A DNA stretch of 64,000 bases from Lama glama (Eukaryota). Of this stretch, positions 39,471 to 60,185 are shown one piece after another. Under the pieces are notes generated by a model. It made no database searches. It was not told where the DNA came from and saw only the letters and a program-made list of their open reading frames with translations. The translations under genes and the position numbers were made by a program. The DNA is taken from contig CM052832.1 of NCBI GenBank assembly GCA_028534125.1, forward strand, positions 17,300,001-17,364,000, written 5' to 3'. The number at the start of each line of letters is the position of its first letter. Position 1 is the stretch's first letter.

Positions 39471-42329
39471 TCAAATAAACCATGAGCTCTTGCTAGAATA
39501 AAATGCTATCACTCTTATTATGATTGTGGAAGAAGTGGAGGAAGAAGAGAGAAAGCAGTAAGCGGGTTAGGAAGGGTTAAACCAACAAACAAATTCTATT
39601 TAGTGAGGAATAAACATCTAAAATTTGGAGGTGGACGGGAAAAAATTACAGTTGGCCTTATTCAGAAAGAATCATCACTCTCCAGAAGGAGAAAAGAAAC
39701 CAGAGCTCACCTGGTGATGGATTATCAAAGGTACCTCTTCTTGTGCTCTGTCTCCTTGGCAACTCTCATGACCAAAGGCAGATGCAGGGGAAGCAGATGT
39801 AGCTAAGAGGAGAGAAAGTCATCAGTAGAGTCAATGGGAGCAAAAGACCTTGTCCTGTCAGTAATGAATTCAAACTCCAAAGTTATCCCACACACACTTT
39901 CATTTCCAAATTCATATCCTCACAGATTCTGAATTCAAATTTGTCAACTATCCAGAAATCCCCTAATAGTCTTTCCTGGGGTGTAAACTGCAGTAATCTC
40001 TGAGCTGAGGCGTCAGTCTCAGTAATCACATCACTAAGCTGGTTTCCTCCAGCTCTTCCTTCTAGTACCTTTGTAGCACTCCTCCTCCACCACCAGTACC
40101 ACTATGCCCTTATTTGATCTGTTTGAAATATTTGCTTTTAACCATTGCTTTCCTTTCTCTGACTTCCTTCTTGCTGTTTCCTACTTCCTGTAATTTTCCT
40201 TCTCAGTCTCCTTCAACAGTAGCTCTTTGTGTAGTCACCTCTCACATTTTCAGTGTCCTGAAGGTCTCCATCCTTGTCCCTCTGCTCTTCTCACTCTACA
40301 CCTTCTCCCTCACGACTGCATTTATATTCATGCCTTCAACCTGGACAGATGATTCTCAAATCTGTATTTCTAGCCCAACCTCCCTGCTAAACTCAAAACT
40401 CCGGACTTTAGGCAATGGACACCTTTGCTTGCATGTCCACAGGCACCCCAAACTCATCTCTAAATCCAAATTAATCATGTCCTCCTTCTATATTGCCAGG
40501 CTTAGTGAACAGCACTTTTATTTACTCAGTCACCCAAGCATAAATCCTTTCCTCTTATGTACCCTATACATTTACTCAAACACAAAGACCAAATATCCTA
40601 TTCCCATTATACCTCTGACCCTACTCCCACAGCACCCTGTACCTGCTTCTATCACAGTATGTACAACACTGGATTGTCATTCACAGATGTCCTAGTCTCT
40701 TTCCCCAACCAGACTGAACTGCCTTGAGAGCAGGAGCCAAATGTCCTTCAAATTTGTATCTCTACTCCCAAAATAATCAGCTGGCACTTAAAATATACTC
40801 AGTAAATGTTGTGTGAATGAATGGATGAATTAAATGAATGAATAAATAAGTGAATTGTTTAGCATCTGCTCCTGGTGTACAAGGGACTGACAAGGAAAGC
40901 TGGCCTTATTAAACTGACGGCTGGCCTCTCCTCGCATAGATATATCAGGTATAGGACAACCCAAGGTTCACTAAGGTCTATTTTTTTAATAGTCGTATGC
41001 GTAACTAAAAATCAGTTCTTGGTACCATCATTTCAAAGACACGCTCTAGCTCCTTTTCCACCAGAACTCACCTCATGAGCAGAAAGATGACTGCTAGCTC
41101 CCCTCCTTTCTGTTGCAGAACCTAAGAAAAAGGAATGACATTCTCAGGCTGGAAGACTATGGGCCAATGTTGAGTAACTGATGAATCAAAAACTGATGCC
41201 AAAACCTTCCCACATGCCAAGCTCTGCCCTTCCTGGGCACTGGATGGAAACTAGATGTAAGAATGCCATCAAAAGGAAAGGAAAAAAAGTATTATTTACA
41301 TGTGAAAATTAAAATCCCAGTAAAAATATGAAAGAGTTATCTCTCTGGACTATAGAAAAAGAGAAAATCCAATTCTCATTCCATTTTAGAAAAAGAGGAT
41401 TCACACAGTCTTTCCCACAAAAGCACACAATTTTAAAGACCATCAATACAGTTAGTAACAAAAAGGTTAAGAAAGAATCTCAGTTGAGGAACTTTGCCAC
41501 TATTTTCCTGAGCCCTTAAGAAAATCACATTTTTCAATGTTCCTCTCCCCTGGCCAGTAGAGACACTGCCTCCTCTTACCTGTTTTTCTCCATCCAGATC
41601 TCGCTCTCCACCTCCCATCATTTCGATAACCTCCTCTCTGCATGTACCCACCCTGTTTCTCTCCGGGTAGGATGTCCAGGGCCTGCTGTTCAAGACAGGC
41701 CTCTTCAAGGGAGCCAAATTCCTGTGAACACCAATCCAAAATAACTGCCTTCTCCTGGCACCTGACATTTTGAGCCAAGGGGCAGGAGCTGCACTTTTTA
41801 TCCCTTGGCAATGTGGCTTTAGAGACTGGGAAGTTCAGAGGCTCCACTCTGCCTTTCAGGTTATTGGCCTGCAAGCAAAGGACAGGGGGAAAGAGAAAAA
41901 AAGGACAAAGAGGGAGAAAATTATGAATTGGAACGGTATTACATCAACAAAAATCACAAAAGAACTGAGGAGCCTGACAGGGAAAGAAACTGGCAAAGAG
42001 GAAGGAAGTTAAAGCTCTCATCAGAGTTTTAGGAATCCTGAGGGTAGTCTAGTGTCGGGGTTAAGAGCACCGGCTCGTTTCGGTTTTCTATCCTCATCTT
42101 ACCAGCTATGGGGCTGTGGGCAAGTTTTTTAGCCTCTCTAGGCTTCAAGTTGCCTATCTAAAAATTGGAGTAGGGATAGTACCTCCCTCATTGGGTCATT
42201 TCAGAATTGTTAATTCATATAATGCACTTAGGACAAGGCCTGACCCAATTTGCCAAATAAAAACTGTTAACTGTAATACTGAAGGGCGGCTTAAGGAAGG
42301 AGGAGTAAGGGGAGGAGAGAGAAACACAG

Positions 42330-42720
42330 GAGGTAAAGATAAAACACGCTTCAGCAGGCGGGCCCTCCTACCTCCCACCGTCCGCCACAGGCGCCTCCCG
42401 CCCTAGAAGGCCTGTGAGGGCCTCCCGCCAGAACCCCGCACACGGCCTCACAAACCAGTCAAGCGACCTCAGCTTCTCCGCCTACCTTGCAGGTCTTGCT
42501 TTCCCCGTGGTGGGGCCGAAAGAGTCCAAAGGCAACCCTAGGTGAGGTCGAAGAAACACACCTGCGCCTCAGAGAAGAAGGGCTGAACCCGGAAGAGACG
42601 CTAAGAGCGCCTTTCTAGTCCGTGATCTCTATGGTAACGCTCGGCTCGCCCCTCTAGGACCGGTGGAGGACTCTTCTCTTTGGTCCATCGCTGCAAACCT
42701 CGAGAAGGTGGAGGGTCAGT
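42330..42720 (-). promoter_or_regulatory. CpG-rich promoter / first exon of the ZNF pseudogene
   Basis: Local CpG enrichment; minus-strand donor CAAG|GTAGG at 42485; ETS-like CCGGAAG at 42589; RFX-like ATCTCTATGGTAAC at 42625-42638. Confidence 0.6.
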
Positions 42721-44039
42721 GTCACTTCTTGCTTTGGGACTTTTGCCACGATGAGAACAGATTAGTTTGAATATGACTTCTCTCTCCTTCAGCGTATGAA
42801 GTGGGAAAACAACGATAGAAAAATGGAAGCACGAGTTAATTGGAATTGAATGTAAGCTCCACCAGGCAGGGATCTTTCATTGTTCTGTTCATTCTTCTAT
42901 CCCAAGCCCTTAGAACAGTTGCTGAAGAAATTTTTGTTAAACGAATGAATTGAAGTGATTCTGAAAAAAAAACTACCACAAAGCCTCACTGACTAGTATC
43001 AGTATTTGCCTCGTACCAGTAGCCTTATTTAACGGAGAACTATGTGTCACATGTATTTAAATATTTTATAATTTGGGGGATTTGTAACCCTATAAGCATG
43101 CATTGTAAGTAACGTATGCTGTATTTTCCAAAATATATTTCTAATATATGTTATCTTTCTATAATATATTTTCATTGTGTTATATTTCCAGTGTAATGAT
43201 TAGCAGCAGAATCTTGAACAGAAAATATTCAACATATATAAGTTAAGCACAAAAGATACATTTAAAAGTTTGAGGAAATAGCAAATATTTTTAGGTTATT
43301 CTTTCCTATACTAGAATATGAACTTGCTAGCACAAAAGTATAGGATGTTATCTTTTTAGAAGGGGAAACTCCAAGAAAATTATTTCAAAAAGAAAGACAA
43401 TATAAACAAAATGATATCCATAAAAGCAAAGACAAAAAAATACTTGCTAAAGTTTTGAGTCAAAATGGAAAAATAATCAGAACAATGAACAAGATTGCTA
43501 GAAGGAAAATAAAAAATACTGTGACAGATAGACGAATGAGCTAAGGATACATTTTTCATTAAGGATAAATCTCAAAACCATAAAGTTGATTACATACATA
43601 GTACATAATAAGACTTTTGAAGCGTTCTTGCCAAAAATATTGAACCTAAATCAAATCAAGCCTTTCAAATTTAAATATGTACAGAGTGAAAATATTTATA
43701 TAAAACTAGTAAAACATATAAATTATACTATAAAATGTGGCTGCCCACATACATACTAAAAGTATACAAACATGTATGGGAGTAATAACATCAATATCAA
43801 AATAGTAGTTAACCTGAGAAGGAAGGGGGAGGAATTGGGAATGAGTAAACAAGGGAATTTAATTGTATCTGGAATATTTATACATTAAGATAGATGTTGA
43901 GTGTTTCTTAGATTATTGTTTTGTATGCTGAAATGTTTGCTTTTATATTTTTCCAAAGGACCCTGGAACTGAATTTGGTAATTTCAACAGACAGTAGAGG
44001 GGCCATAGAATTACTTAACACCAATCAGGCTTCTGTTTC

Positions 44040-44690
44040 TCCATCAGGGATCATGACCTTCAAATTGGGAATGGTAGGACAAACATTAATATGAAGAAAT
44101 TAAATTTCAGGAGATACAGGGAGATAGTAAAAGAATAACTACTGGCCTTAAATGAATGCAGGTCTTCATACCCAGGTAAAATCACTCGAAGGATCCTGAA
44201 TGTCAAGCAGATTGGCTTCAGGGCTCCTGAAGGCCATTATTAAGGAGTGTGACTCATGCCCAAGACTGGCAAATATCCAAATTTTCAAAAAGTGAAAAAG
44301 ATGAACAGTGGAATCAACAGACTGGAAAGCTTGATATGAATCTCTGGCAAAATTCCATCATTAATTATTTTAGGAGATTATTTAGGAGATTTTAGGAGAT
44401 TGGGGTTAACCAAGAATAATGTAAATAAATTCTATCTCAGTTGGACCCGACTATTAAAGTGGAGCACTAAGGGTCTGCTGTGGAAGTAAAGTATCTTCAT
44501 ATCAGCAAAGGTTGTAGCAAAGCCTCTCATAAATGTGCCCTGTGAGTCTATGTGAACTGGATGTTAGCACTGCTAAGTAGATTGATATCAGGAAGAAAGA
44601 TTGTACCTACTCAGCCTGGAGGGTGGGTGACCATGCTGACCAAGCATAGCATCCTTCCTGCAGCCTGCTCAGTGCCTTCGTGCAGTATTC
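44040..44690 (+). mobile_element. Ancient CR1/L3 LINE fragment
   Basis: CR1 RT-like text (AAGACTGGCAAATATCCAAATTTTCAAAAAG, TCAGCAAAGGTTGTAGCAAAGCCTCTCAT); a second probable fragment lies at ~24020-24300. Confidence 0.5.
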
Positions 44691-45867
44691 ACTGAACTCA
44701 ATTTCCGATTTAGAGACTTAGGGATCAGTCTAAACAAAACCCAATTCCCTTTAGAGGAGAAGGATACATTTTTATTAAATTAAAGAATCAAAGGAATTTT
44801 TTTGTATAATAATCATTATTTATCAATGATTATGAGCCAGGCACTTTCATATACAATATACTGTATTTTTATCCTCACAATGAGCTGTGAGTGGAGGATT
44901 TATTGTTACTATTTTACAATGCAGCAATTGAGGTGCAAAGGACTTAAATGACTTGCCCAAAAGATCAAGCTAGTGAGTGACAGACCCAGGAATCAGGTCT
45001 TTGGAACATAAGCTTGTTGTACTTTCCATAATACCATGTTATAACTAGCGTGCTAAGTACTTTCTAATTTCTTTTGTTTTTGAATAATGGAAGACTTGAT
45101 TGGCCTGAAAGACTGCTTTTCATCAAAATAGCCCGGATATGAGATCCAAGACTTTGGAGTCATTAGTTTCCCTCCTAAGTTTATCCTCCTTTGTAGTTTT
45201 AGGCAAATTTTAAATCTCTTGGGTCTCAGTTTCCTCAAGTGTGAAATGAAGGGGTTGTACTTAGTGATCACTGTATCTTTCAGACCTGGAATTCTGTTAT
45301 GCTAATCATGATATTTGATGCCCGGTGATGAGTTAAATGATTTCCATATATTATCTCATTTAACCCTCATGACAGCTCTGAAAATTAGGTGTTTACCTTG
45401 AACCCATTTTGCAGTTGGGGAAACTGGAACATGATATATACCTTGCTTAGGGTCTCATGCACACAGGTAGCAAGTGTAGACTGAATTCAATCCCATAATT
45501 AAGTTAGTTTTATCTCAATTTGATAAGTTTTAAAAGAAGTTAGGACCCTTCACAAAGATATGCAATCACTCTTCTCACTGAAAGGAACCAAGACTCCTTG
45601 GAGAAATGTCTGATTCCAGGTCTGAAGCAGGAAATACACAAAATAAGTCTGAAATATCTTACCCTACCAGAAAGCAAAAAAGCTATCAGAGACTTAGAGT
45701 TAGATGAAAAGGATACAGGAGACAAAATAAAGGGACTCCCACTGGTCAAAGACAGAACCATTTGAACATCAAAAAGGAAAAAAAAAATGACTGCAATTGA
45801 TTAACATTCCTTGAATATTATTTAAAAATCCATGAATTAATGATGCTCAAAAGAGGGGGAAAAATGA

Positions 45868-46372
45868 GTTACCAATTGGTGCATAACACATTACCCCAAA
45901 ATTTGAATCAATCATCCAATATTTATTATCTCACATAGTTTCTACAGGTCAGAGCAGCTTAGAGGTTGGTTCTGGATCTATCCTTAAGTTGCAACCAAGA
46001 TGTTAACCCAGGCTTCGATCATCTGAAGGCTTGACGGGGAGCTGATGGATCCACTTGTAAACTCATTCAGATGGCTATTGGCAGGAGGCTGTAGTTCCTT
46101 GCCACCTGGGTTTTTCCTTACAAAACAGTGCTGACATCCACCAGAATGAGTGATCTGAGAGCGAGAGCAAGAGTGAGAGACAAGATGGAAGCCATAGTTT
46201 CTTTTATAACCTAATATTAGAATTTACTTAACATCATTTCTACCACACTCGGTTGGTCACACAAACCACCCCTGGTACAATGTGGGAGGGAGTTCATACC
46301 CCTACTCAGACAAGGGTATGAATACTGGAAGGCAGTGCTCATTGATGGCCATTTTGAAGAATGGCTAACACA
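45868..46372 (-). mobile_element. MaLR LTR (MLT1-type) inserted in old L1 sequence (45540-47360)
   Basis: GCATAACACATTACCCCAAAATT...ATCTGAAGGCTTGAC...CACAAACCACCCCTGGTACAATGTGGGAGGG...GGCCATTTTGAAG. Confidence 0.7.
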
Positions 46373-47454
46373 TCAGTGGTCACGGCATGGAGGGCACAAG
46401 TATTTACCCTGAATATTGGCAATTAAATTGAAAAGTAAATGTTTATTCTGCCTTTTCTATATGAACTGACATTTCAGGATAACCAAATAGCCCTGAATTG
46501 AGAGGTTAATGAGATAAAACCCTTCATTACAAAGGAATTCCAACTCATAAATGTGGAGTAAAAAATATTGAATTAGAAAATCACAGGTTTGCAATGAAAT
46601 GTTTGATTCAGGCAAAGATCATCAGTGGATGAAACCACCAGATGAAAGGTTGATGAAGAACTTTACATGGAGGGATCTAGCTATCAAGGGACGAATTCAT
46701 TGATCAATCTTAGCATCACAAAGAGTGAAATAATCAGACAGTATATGCCTCCTGATACAAAGCAAAAAGAAGTACATGACCCCGCATAAGAATGCTTACC
46801 CATGAAGGTTAACCAAATTCTAATCAAATCTTTAGAACTAACATCTAGTTAATAAATGCAAGGCTAGAGAAACAAATTAAATGAGGACACAAATAGAGAA
46901 ACCCAGCATGTGGAACATTCAGGACAAATGACCCAATTTGTTCAACGGGGGGAAAGTGAAAGATGGGAGGAACTATTCTCGATCTAAATTAAAAGAGAAC
47001 TAAGAGAAATAACCAAATAAAGCATGTAGAATTTAGATCTTGATTCAAAAAAGCAGCAGATTTAATATATTTGGGAAAGCTTAACATGGACTCAGTATTA
47101 CATGATACCCAGTAATTATTTTGTCAGATGAGATCATGGCATTGTGGTTTTATTTCAAGAGATGCAGTCTGAAGAGCATAAAATTGAAATAACATGTTTG
47201 AGGTTTGCTGCAAAGTTATTTCAGCAAGAAAAATGGGAGATGAAACAAATGTGCCAGAAACTTACTTGTTGTAAAGTCTGAGTGGCGAGTATGTAGGGGT
47301 TTATTATACTCATCTCTCAACTTCTGTGTAGGCTTAAATTTTTCATAGTTTTTACTTTTTGAAAAAAGGTCACTCTAATTATTTTGCTTTCTTGGCTAAT
47401 ATTTAAAAGTAACTGTCATATAGTTATGTCACAGAATTTCTGTCCGTTCCATTC

Positions 47455-47990
47455 AAGACATCCCTCCACGGCATTAACGGGTCAGTACGGTAAGCGTGAC
47501 TCTTGTCGCCCGCTCGTGCGCCCGCGGAAACTCCTGAAAGGGGTGAGCGGGAGGAAGGGAGTGGAAAGCCGAGAATTTCTAGGGAACTCCTGGACCAGCG
47601 AGTTGAGGGTTTCCTAGAAAGTCACCGGAAATGATTATTGAAGGACCGGGAAGTGGAGCTAGTCTAGATTTCTTTATTTTCTCATTTCTAGGGGAGAATA
47701 GCGGCAGAAAGGTCTGTGCCTCCAGCCGGCGTGGGACGGGACTTCGGCGAGGGGCTCCCAAGTTGCCACTGAGGTCTCCGAACCCGCCGAGGGAGGTTCC
47801 CGGGAGGAACCTGGCACCTGCTTCACTTAAATGCACCTGCTCCCTGGGGCCCCGGATTGCTGGCGGGGAGAGGGCGGGGCTTTGGAGCCGGGTCCGCTGG
47901 AAGGGGCATCCACCGCGGGTTCCTGCCCCAGACCGGGCTTTCTCTCCGATATTCCTAACTCCCTCCCGCTCTTCCTGCTTTTAGCCGCCT
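47455..47990 (+). promoter_or_regulatory. ZNF311: CpG island: ZNF311 promoter / first exon
   Basis: High GC and CpG density; GC box GGGCGGGG near 47872; ETS-like ACCGGAAAT at 47624; candidate donors GTAAGC (47490) and GTGAGC (47543). Confidence 0.7.
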
Positions 47991-48029
47991 TTTACCCTTT
48001 TTTCCTGTTTATTTGCCTCCCCAGCATCC

Positions 48030-48830
48030 ATTTGTGCATTCATTCATTCAGCCAAATCCTAGTTGAGCGCCTACTGGTGCAGGCAGTTTTAGACGTTTGG
48101 GAATACAGTTGTGGATGAAATAGACAAAAATCTCTGCCCTTAAAAGCCTAGGAGCCTACATTTTAGTGAAAAGGAGACCTACAATAAACAGAAACTTATG
48201 CACCATGTTGAAAAGTGATAAAGCTATATATGAAAAAAAATAGATGAAGTATAAAGCAAGGTAAGGCATATCAGGATTGGAAGGAGCGGGTAGGCTGTAA
48301 TTTTAAATAGGGCACTTAGAATAGGTTTCCTTGGGAAGCAAATACTTGAAAGAAGCAAGATTATTCACTGTGAAGATAGCTTGAGGTGGAGGGAACAGCC
48401 AGTGCAAAGGCCCCAAGGTGGAAAATGCGCCTAAAAATGGAAGAGAAAAGTCTGTAACTGAAGAGGGTTGAGGGAGGAAAAGAATAGTACAAGAGGTAAT
48501 GGCACGTCCCATAACCTTGCATGCCACTGTTAAGGACTTCAGCTTTTATCTTGAATGAACAACAGAGATATAATGGGCACATTCTTTAAAGCCTTGTATG
48601 CTACTGTTTCTTTTAAGTAAGCTGGACCCATTGAAGGATTTTAAGGGGAGAGATGAAATAATCCAACTTAAGTTTTAAATGGCACACTCTGTTGTATTGA
48701 GAAGAGACCGACAGAAAGCAGGGATTGAAACAGGGAGACCAGTTAGATGGCTAGTGCAATAGTGGAGGGCAAGGCAGGCAATGGTGATGTGGACCAGGAT
48801 GGTGAAAGTGAAGGTTATCTTCTGGATATA
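48030..48830 (-). mobile_element. LINE-2 3' fragment
   Basis: CATTCATTCATTCAGCC...TTGAGCGCCTACT...CAGCCAGTGCAAAGGCCC...GGAGACCAGTTAG. Confidence 0.8.
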
Positions 48831-49237
48831 GTATCATTTTCAATTCGTCTTCCTGTGCTCCATCATCTCCGACAGACACCTCAGATTCTCAGTGATTCCT
48901 TCTTTTTGCTTTGGTCACATTCCTCTCTCTTCTCTTCCTTTCGTTGAATATGCAGAAAAACAGGATATGAAATCACCATTAGCTTCATACTGCTGTTGAA
49001 CCCCAAATCCAGGGCAGTGTTTCACACATCAAACGGAAAAGCTGCTGCCTGTGGATCAGCAGGGGCCCTTGGGCTGTCACCACCAAGGCTTGTCTCCCTG
49101 AAAAGAGGCCAGCAGAAACTGGAGCCACTTCAAAACTGGTTGTCTGGGCAAAGCCAGAACTGACTTTGGGAGCTGGATCCAACCAGCAGAAAAGAAACCA
49201 GGACTGTGTTAGAAGACTGGAAAAGCTGGGTACACAG

Positions 49238-56698
<7,461 letters not shown>

Positions 56699-57117
56699 GA
56701 GTATCAGTTCTGGTGTTTACACTTTCTCATTTCTTTTTCTACTTCCTGGACTGGCCCCTCTTGTGTCCTGTGTTCGTTCTTCCTGGTTCCCTGACCCCCT
56801 AACTGTGAGATCCCCAAACTCTGGATACGTGGCTTTCAGATGACATAATATGACTTAAGGAAAGCTTAGGCTATGTCTGGAGAATTGGCAGCACTTTTCC
56901 AGTCTTTTTTGAGTATGAGGGCCCCTTATTTGATGATCAACAAATTTCACAGACACCCCATCCTCCACGCACACACACACTACAAGTAGTTGTACTTTAA
57001 TGCTTGATGGCAAAATGTCATGTGCTGGGACCTGGGACCCTGGGCTGCAATGCTTGCACGGGACTGAACTATAAGGGACTAAACTATAAGGGACTAAAAC
57101 TAACTGTGTGCATGTGC

Positions 57118-57478
57118 TGTTGGAGTGAGTTATGAACAACAAGATATTAAAAAAAAAAAAAAAAAACCAAAAACCTAACTGCCACTTCTGAGGTGCTGGG
57201 AGCAAAAGCACGGTACAGAGAGCAAAAGCTGGGTACCGCTCATGATTCCTGCACACAGCGCCACCAGGTGGTGGGCCACCCCTCCAGCCCGACCTTTAGA
57301 CCCGCCCCTACCCTCACCCCATCTAAGGGACCAGCTCGCACCACCCCAACTCCGCCCCAGGGAGGGATCAAGGGAACCTGTAACTTGTTTTCGCTCCCTT
57401 TTGTCACAGTGCAGAATTTCTCGTCTGGCCTCATCAATTTCTGTTGATTAAGGAGGCCAAGAACTTTAGTCGGTAACA
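57118..57478 (+). mobile_element. ERV-type LTR downstream of the ZNF311 stop codon
   Basis: GC-rich island ending GAATTTCTCGTCTGGCCTC...AAGGAGGCCAAGAAC...TCGGTAACA, an LTR U5-like end; the 5' boundary is uncertain. Confidence 0.55.
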
Positions 57479-59049
57479 CTCCTAGAAAAATCTGAGGTCT
57501 TGGTGATTGCAACAGCATAGTGTATGCTTTTGAAAAATGTGTATACATTTTCCAGGTGTTTATTTTACCCACAGGCCATGATGTGCATTTGGATTTTGGA
57601 CTCAAAGTCCTTAGCCCATCTTGAGAACCCGATAGTGTATCCTTTCGTGTCACTTCGTCAGTCAGTCTTTTAAGAGAATCTGGCAAGGTTTCAATTCCAA
57701 ATTAAATTCTGAGTAATCCTGGAGTGTTGATTTTTTTGTTATTGATTGAAGAGTCATATTCTTCAGACACCAGTTAACTGGAGGGGGTAGCAAGCCTGAC
57801 ATTTTGTTGTGAAAGTTGAGAAACTGTGTTGGGCCCAAATGGAATACTTCTGGATTTCATCCTCACCAGTCCATCTTCAATATGACCATTGTCTCCCTAA
57901 AATATTACTATGAACCGGACACCTGCTTTTTTTTTTTAATTTAATTGAGGTACAGTTTATTCACAATATTGTGTTAGTTTCAGGTGTACAGCAAAGTGAT
58001 TCTGACACCTGCTTTTAAAACTTCCAATTGACTCTCAATACTTCAGTAAGATGCCCCAAATTTCTAGCTTGAACTCCAAGAACCTTTTGATATTTCCTGA
58101 ACACTTAAAATGAAAATTTTGGAAAAGCACTGAAAAAATTTCAGATATTTTACCTGGGGAAAAAGTTGATACATTTTAAAGGGATCCTAAAGTGGAATAG
58201 ACTGCCATGAGTTCGTAACTGTCAGGCATGAGGTAGAAGGAATTCAAAGATCAGATGAGTAGTTGAATGATAGTGTTTCTTGAAGCCCTAAGATTCCTGT
58301 AGTTCTAATTCTGAAAAGTTACCAAGACAAGAGTTATCAATTTAGTTATAATTTACTTAGAAAAATCACCAGGTTTAAGAAAAGAAATATAGAGAAGCAG
58401 TCTAGGGAATCCTAATTAGTAGAATTTCCAAAAGAATGAGAACATAAAAACAGACAGTAGGAAGTTATCAAAATAATCATATAAGATAGTGAACTCTGGG
58501 AAGAAGGTCTCCAGAGAAGAAGAATAACTAATACATTTGAGTAGTTGGGAGTATTTAGGAATTTCAGGCTTTTGTTGGACAGTTGGGGAATATGTAATAG
58601 TAACAGAAAACTAATCAAATGAATAGCTAAGACAACTAATAAATCCAATATGATCAAATTTTACAAAAAAAGGAAAATATAGTACAGCATGAAAAAAAAA
58701 TACATTGTACTGAAAGAATGGAAAATGGGAATTAATTGTGAGATAATAAGTACTAGAGGTCAACTCTCAAACTCCAAAATAGAAAGAAAAGACAAGTGTC
58801 TAAGAGGGCAAACAAGAAAACAGCAGTAAATGTTATTTAAGCTGAAACTTTATGCACTCATAGTATCCTATATTTGTTCTTCTGCAACATTGTAGTTCCT
58901 AAATTTGAATTGCAGCTCACACAAAAGTGGTAACACTTTACACACTTGTATAAAAGTGAAAACAATAGTTTCTGTCTCCTTTTCTCTGTCCTTTGACAAC
59001 ATGTAACTTTCAAGAACTGTTAACAGTCTGATAGTTACTGTATTTCTAA

Positions 59050-60185
59050 GGTAACAAATTAGCCTGCCACACTGTCAAGGTTGCTGGTGGAAGACAAGAG
59101 ATTCCTGGGTTAGAGATGTAAGGGAGAGCTTTCAGCTGAATAAACAGATGAATAGGAGAAAAGCATACAAATCTATTTAATATAAGTGTTACACGACACA
59201 GGAGCCCTCATAAGAAAATGAAGATATAAAGAAGGGGCAAGACTGAAATGCTTTTATAGTAGCTTTAAAAAAGGGAGGCAATAGTGTTAAAGTAACTGAA
59301 ATAAATGGAGAGGCTAAAGATAGATAAGAATTATTTTAACAAGATCTGTTTGTACAGAATTCTCTCAGCTTCAACTTCCCATCCCTGATGATAAGAATAT
59401 TACTTTCCTCTTGGTATTAGGAAGGACATCTTCCAAATGGGGGTTTTTATCTCCTGCTTTCCCGAAGTAAAAGGGGAGGGTCAGAACATCCTTCTTGCAC
59501 CTCTTTTTTTTTTTTTTAAGTGCCTTTAGCTCAAAATAATCTTTATGCCAAAGTGGCATATTCTGCCACCCTTCAGAGACAAAGGACAATTTATTTCTCA
59601 TAGTAATTCTCCCAGGCTTCCCAGGAGGGAAGAAGGGCTGGAGATTGAGTTAATAATAATAAAGGGGATTGAGTTATAATAATAATCTATCATGCCTACA
59701 TGATGAAACCTTCATAAGACCCCCTAAATGATAGAAGTAGGGGAGCTTCAGAGCTGATGAATGCATGGCGGTGCTGGGAGGGTGACACACCTGGAGATGG
59801 CATGGAAGCTCCACGTACTGCCCACCCACCCCCATAACTTGCCCTGTGCATCTCGTCCATTTGTTCCTGGGTTACATCCATTTATAATAAACTAATAAGT
59901 GAAAGTTAAGTGTGTCCTGAGTTCTGTGAACCTTTCTAGCAAATTTTATTCAATCTGAGAAGGGGGTCATGGGAACCCTTGATTTATAGCTGGCCAGTCC
60001 GAAGTAAAGGAGGCCTGAGACTTGCAAATGGCAACTGAAGTAGGGGACGGTCTTGTGGATCTGAGTCCTTAACCTGTGAGATCTGCAGTAACTCTAGATA
60101 GTTAGTGTCAGAGTTGAATTGAATTTTTGAACACCCAGTTGGTGTCTGCAGGGAATCAGAGAACTGGCTGTTGTTGAGTAAAAAC
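59050..60185. mobile_element. Nested LTR elements (ERV1-like LTR ~59120-59575 within or next to a MER21-like LTR)
   Basis: CTCAAAATAATCTTTATGCCAAAGTGGCATATT LTR end; MER21-like GGGCTGGAGATTGAGTT...GCATGGAAGCTCC...ACACCCAGTTGGTGTCTG. Confidence 0.65.

Noticed and set aside
40114..40695. 193-aa ORF on the + strand
   Set aside because: Starts at TTG and lies in pyrimidine-rich L2-like sequence inside a pseudogene intron; no protein family resemblance.
57060..57101. 15-bp tandem repeat (GGGACTAAACTATAA, ~2.5 copies); similar small duplications at 62578-62617, 44368-44401 and 15809-15830
   Set aside because: Ordinary slippage duplications without spacers; not CRISPR-like and no functional evidence.
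57146..57166. ATTAAA followed by an A-run as the ZNF311 poly(A) site or a retrocopy tail
   Set aside because: The hexamer is part of a genomic A-run inside an LTR-like element, so it is more likely an internal-priming site.
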